DNA of 64,000 nt from Monocercomonoides exilis PA203 (lineage: Eukaryota > Protista > Preaxostyla): positions 372,001 to 436,000 of the forward strand of contig LSRY02000001.1 in the NCBI GenBank assembly GCA_001643675.2, given 5' to 3'. Position 1 is the stretch's first letter, and the number at the start of each line of letters is the position of its first letter. Below are positions 61,579 through 64,000 of the stretch, piece by piece. The notes beneath the pieces were generated by a model. The model saw nothing but the letters and a program-made list of their open reading frames with translations, did not search any database and was not told where the DNA came from. A program made the position numbers and the translations under genes.

Positions 61579-64000
61579 TCATAAAAATATAACAAATACT
61601 TCAAAATTTCAGTGATTAGTAAAATATTTCATAAAAAATTACGAACTGACACGAATTTTCAATGACTGACGGACTTGAAGAAAAAAAAAATTAAATGCAA
61701 CACATGCTTGTGTTGAAGATGGATGTTTCTTTGCGAAATAGAATTTTCTCCACAAACAAACGGAGCAGCCATAATATTATTTGTATTTGACAAATCATTG
61801 CATTTCTCCATCATTTCTGAGTAATTATGCTTATGCTGAAGACAGCTGTATGGATGCTGCAATTTCACTAATTGCCTTCAGTTCTCATTTTTTTTGCCAA
61901 AATTTGTCTGCTGTTGAATTCATTTTCCATGTGAACCACAAAAATGCGTGATTTGTTGTTGTTGTGTTTTTTTTTAACACTCCAAAAAGACGCAGGAGAC
62001 GGACAATAGAAACACATTTTTTGGTTTGCGGGCATTGCTGCACTTATCGTTTTTGGTGAATATGAATTTTTTTTCATTTGTTTTGAAAAGAATCCATTTG
62101 TGAGCTGGGGCGATGCACGGAAATTGAGCAGGAACATAAAATGGAAGAGCTGAAAGGAATGCTGGATGAGATGGACGAGTGTGGGTTTTGTTCGATTTTC
62201 AAGACAGAGCTGTTTGACGAAATGGACAAAATGATTGAAGAAAAGAAAGTGGGAATTGAGAAAGTGGTAGTGCTGCTGAAGCACATCGGACGCATCAAGG
62301 CGGCGGGGTGCATGTACTTTTCGGAGTTCAACAGGTCTTTGCTCCTGGAGCGACTCAAGAAGAAGATTGCTGAAGAAGAGAAGAAGAAAGGAGATAAGGA
62401 CGAAAAGCATTTTGCTGATCTGTGCGAATGTTATGTCATGCTTGTGTCAGATTTTTTGCCGGGGCTTCTGGGGATATGTGTGCCTTGCCTTTTGAAAGTT
62501 GGGCTGAACAAGGAGGAAAGCGAGGACGTTCAAAAAGAAGTGGAAATGGCTTTGTTGGCTTTGAGCAGCATTTGGCAGCGGAATGTATTTTCTTTTCTTT
62601 GTTTTTCTATCTTTTTATTTTTCTTTATTATTCTTTGTATATTTTTGAATTGCATTTGACATCTGCGGATATGTTGTTTATTTTGAGCAGAAAGTGAAAA
62701 AAAGAGCTGTATCTGGAAGAGATTACGGAAATCATCGAGCATCACGAAAAGTGTCGCAACCTGACGAGACTTGGCTATTCGTTGGCGTGGGACTTTTTGA
62801 TTAGTCGTTTGGTCGAGGATAAAAAACTGGGAAAGGGGATTGCGAATGAGCTGCACTTTGGGAGAGAAGCAAGGAGAGAATTGGAAGAGCTGGCTGCAAG
62901 TGTGGATTGGAAGGAAAAGGAAAAGGAAGAGGAAAGCATTTGCATAATCATGAGATGGATCGAAATAACAGACACATTGATTTGCCATTGCCATGCATTG
63001 AATAGCGAAGAGTGTGTTGGCCTGATTCGTTGCATTGTCTGTGTGTGCAGAGCAGCAAGAGAGAAGGGGCAGAAAATTAGAAAAGGATGCATCGGCCTTT
63101 TTGTAACGATGGCACGCTGCAAAGCCGTGGGGGCAGAGGTTTTATGGAATGCAGGGGTTATTGATGTTGTGTTGGAAGAAATGAAGCAAGAAACACAGAA
63201 AAAGATTTTGGTATTATTTTGCATGGAATTTTTTGAAGAGCTTTCGAGAAGCATGAAAAGGAAAGGGAAGGAAGAAGGGGAGGAAGAGGAAGAGGAAGAG
63301 GAAGAGGAAGAGGAAGAGGAAGAGGAAGAGGAAGAGGAAGAGAAAGAGGAGGAGGAAGAGAAAGAGGAAGAGAGGAAGGAGATGAAAAGAAAGATATTTG
63401 AGAAGATGGAAGAAGAAGGATACGAAGATAGCATTACGAGTTTTTTTGAAACAAACCCTTTGCTAAACGGAAAAGAGTTGGGGGACTTTTCAATTGTTAT
63501 TACAGACTATTTTGCGAGTGTCTGAGGAAATGAAAGGAGCTGTGTTTTTCTTTTTTTCTTTTCTTTCTTTCTTTTTATTTTTTGAATTTTTTTATTTTTG
63601 TATTGTTTTTTGCACCATTTCAAAATTTGGCAAGTGCTGTTTTGAGGCTTTCACAAAAATGGATGGATTTTGAAAAAGCATTCTTTTTTGTTTTGTTTTG
63701 TTTTGTTTTTCCAGAGGAAAAGATGAGTGCCATTCTTTTCCGATGAAAGCCCTTTGCCAGTGTGAAAAATGAAGTTGTGGAACAATCAAATGGTGGCTGG
63801 TATTTTGGCAATGCGAATAATTGGCAAGAGGCATTTGAATTTTTGTTTATTTCTGCACCACAGAAAATAATTGCATTTTATAAGAAAAAATCAAACATTA
63901 TCTCAAATAATCAGTCTGTTTGGTTCCTTTTTCGGTGGGCAATCGGTTTGGTGTTTTGGCGAGAACAAGCAAATTTCAAAGGGAGTCTGATTATCATGTG
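61579..64000. repeat. Right arm of the second inverted duplication
   Basis: Reverse complement of 38126-40552. Confidence 0.93.
62141..63525 (+). CDS. Near-identical inverted copy of the 38601-39990 gene
   Basis: Same exons, except one extra A in the homopolymer at about 62697-62703 (apparent frameshift) and two fewer Glu codons. Confidence 0.75.

Noticed and set aside
1-64000. tRNA/rRNA genes or telomeric repeats
   Set aside because: None recognisable by eye; a covariance-model scan was not possible.

Overview
Eukaryotic, AT-rich, GT-AG-intron-containing protist DNA in the standard genetic code. The gene families suggest an oxymonad such as Monocercomonoides (inference). Host genes: two low-complexity proteins (10-5996), a repetitive type-I membrane surface protein, a multi-exon permuted NlpC/P60-like gene, an ASPM/Asp homologue (28.1-37.9 kb, minus strand) and several members of a lineage-specific helical multigene family. 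Mobile and structural content: (1) A 17.5-kb palindrome (6804-24329) whose outer ends are exactly the TIRs of a 445-bp MITE. It holds two copies of a DIRS-like tyrosine-recombinase (YR) retroelement, and its right arm looks error-prone, so it may be an assembly artefact. (2) An 8.6-kb hAT transposon (46297-54891; 16-bp TIRs, 8-bp TSD) carrying about 5 kb of cargo, including a CFAP65-like fragment, nested in a mini YR element. (3) The most notable feature: an end-to-end array of four YR-retroelement-family units (46226-61442). Every junction is an inverted arm ending GAA, exactly 21 bp, then an arm starting TTC, which resembles recombinase att sites in an integron-like cassette array. (4) A second inverted duplication (38126-40552 vs 61579-64000).
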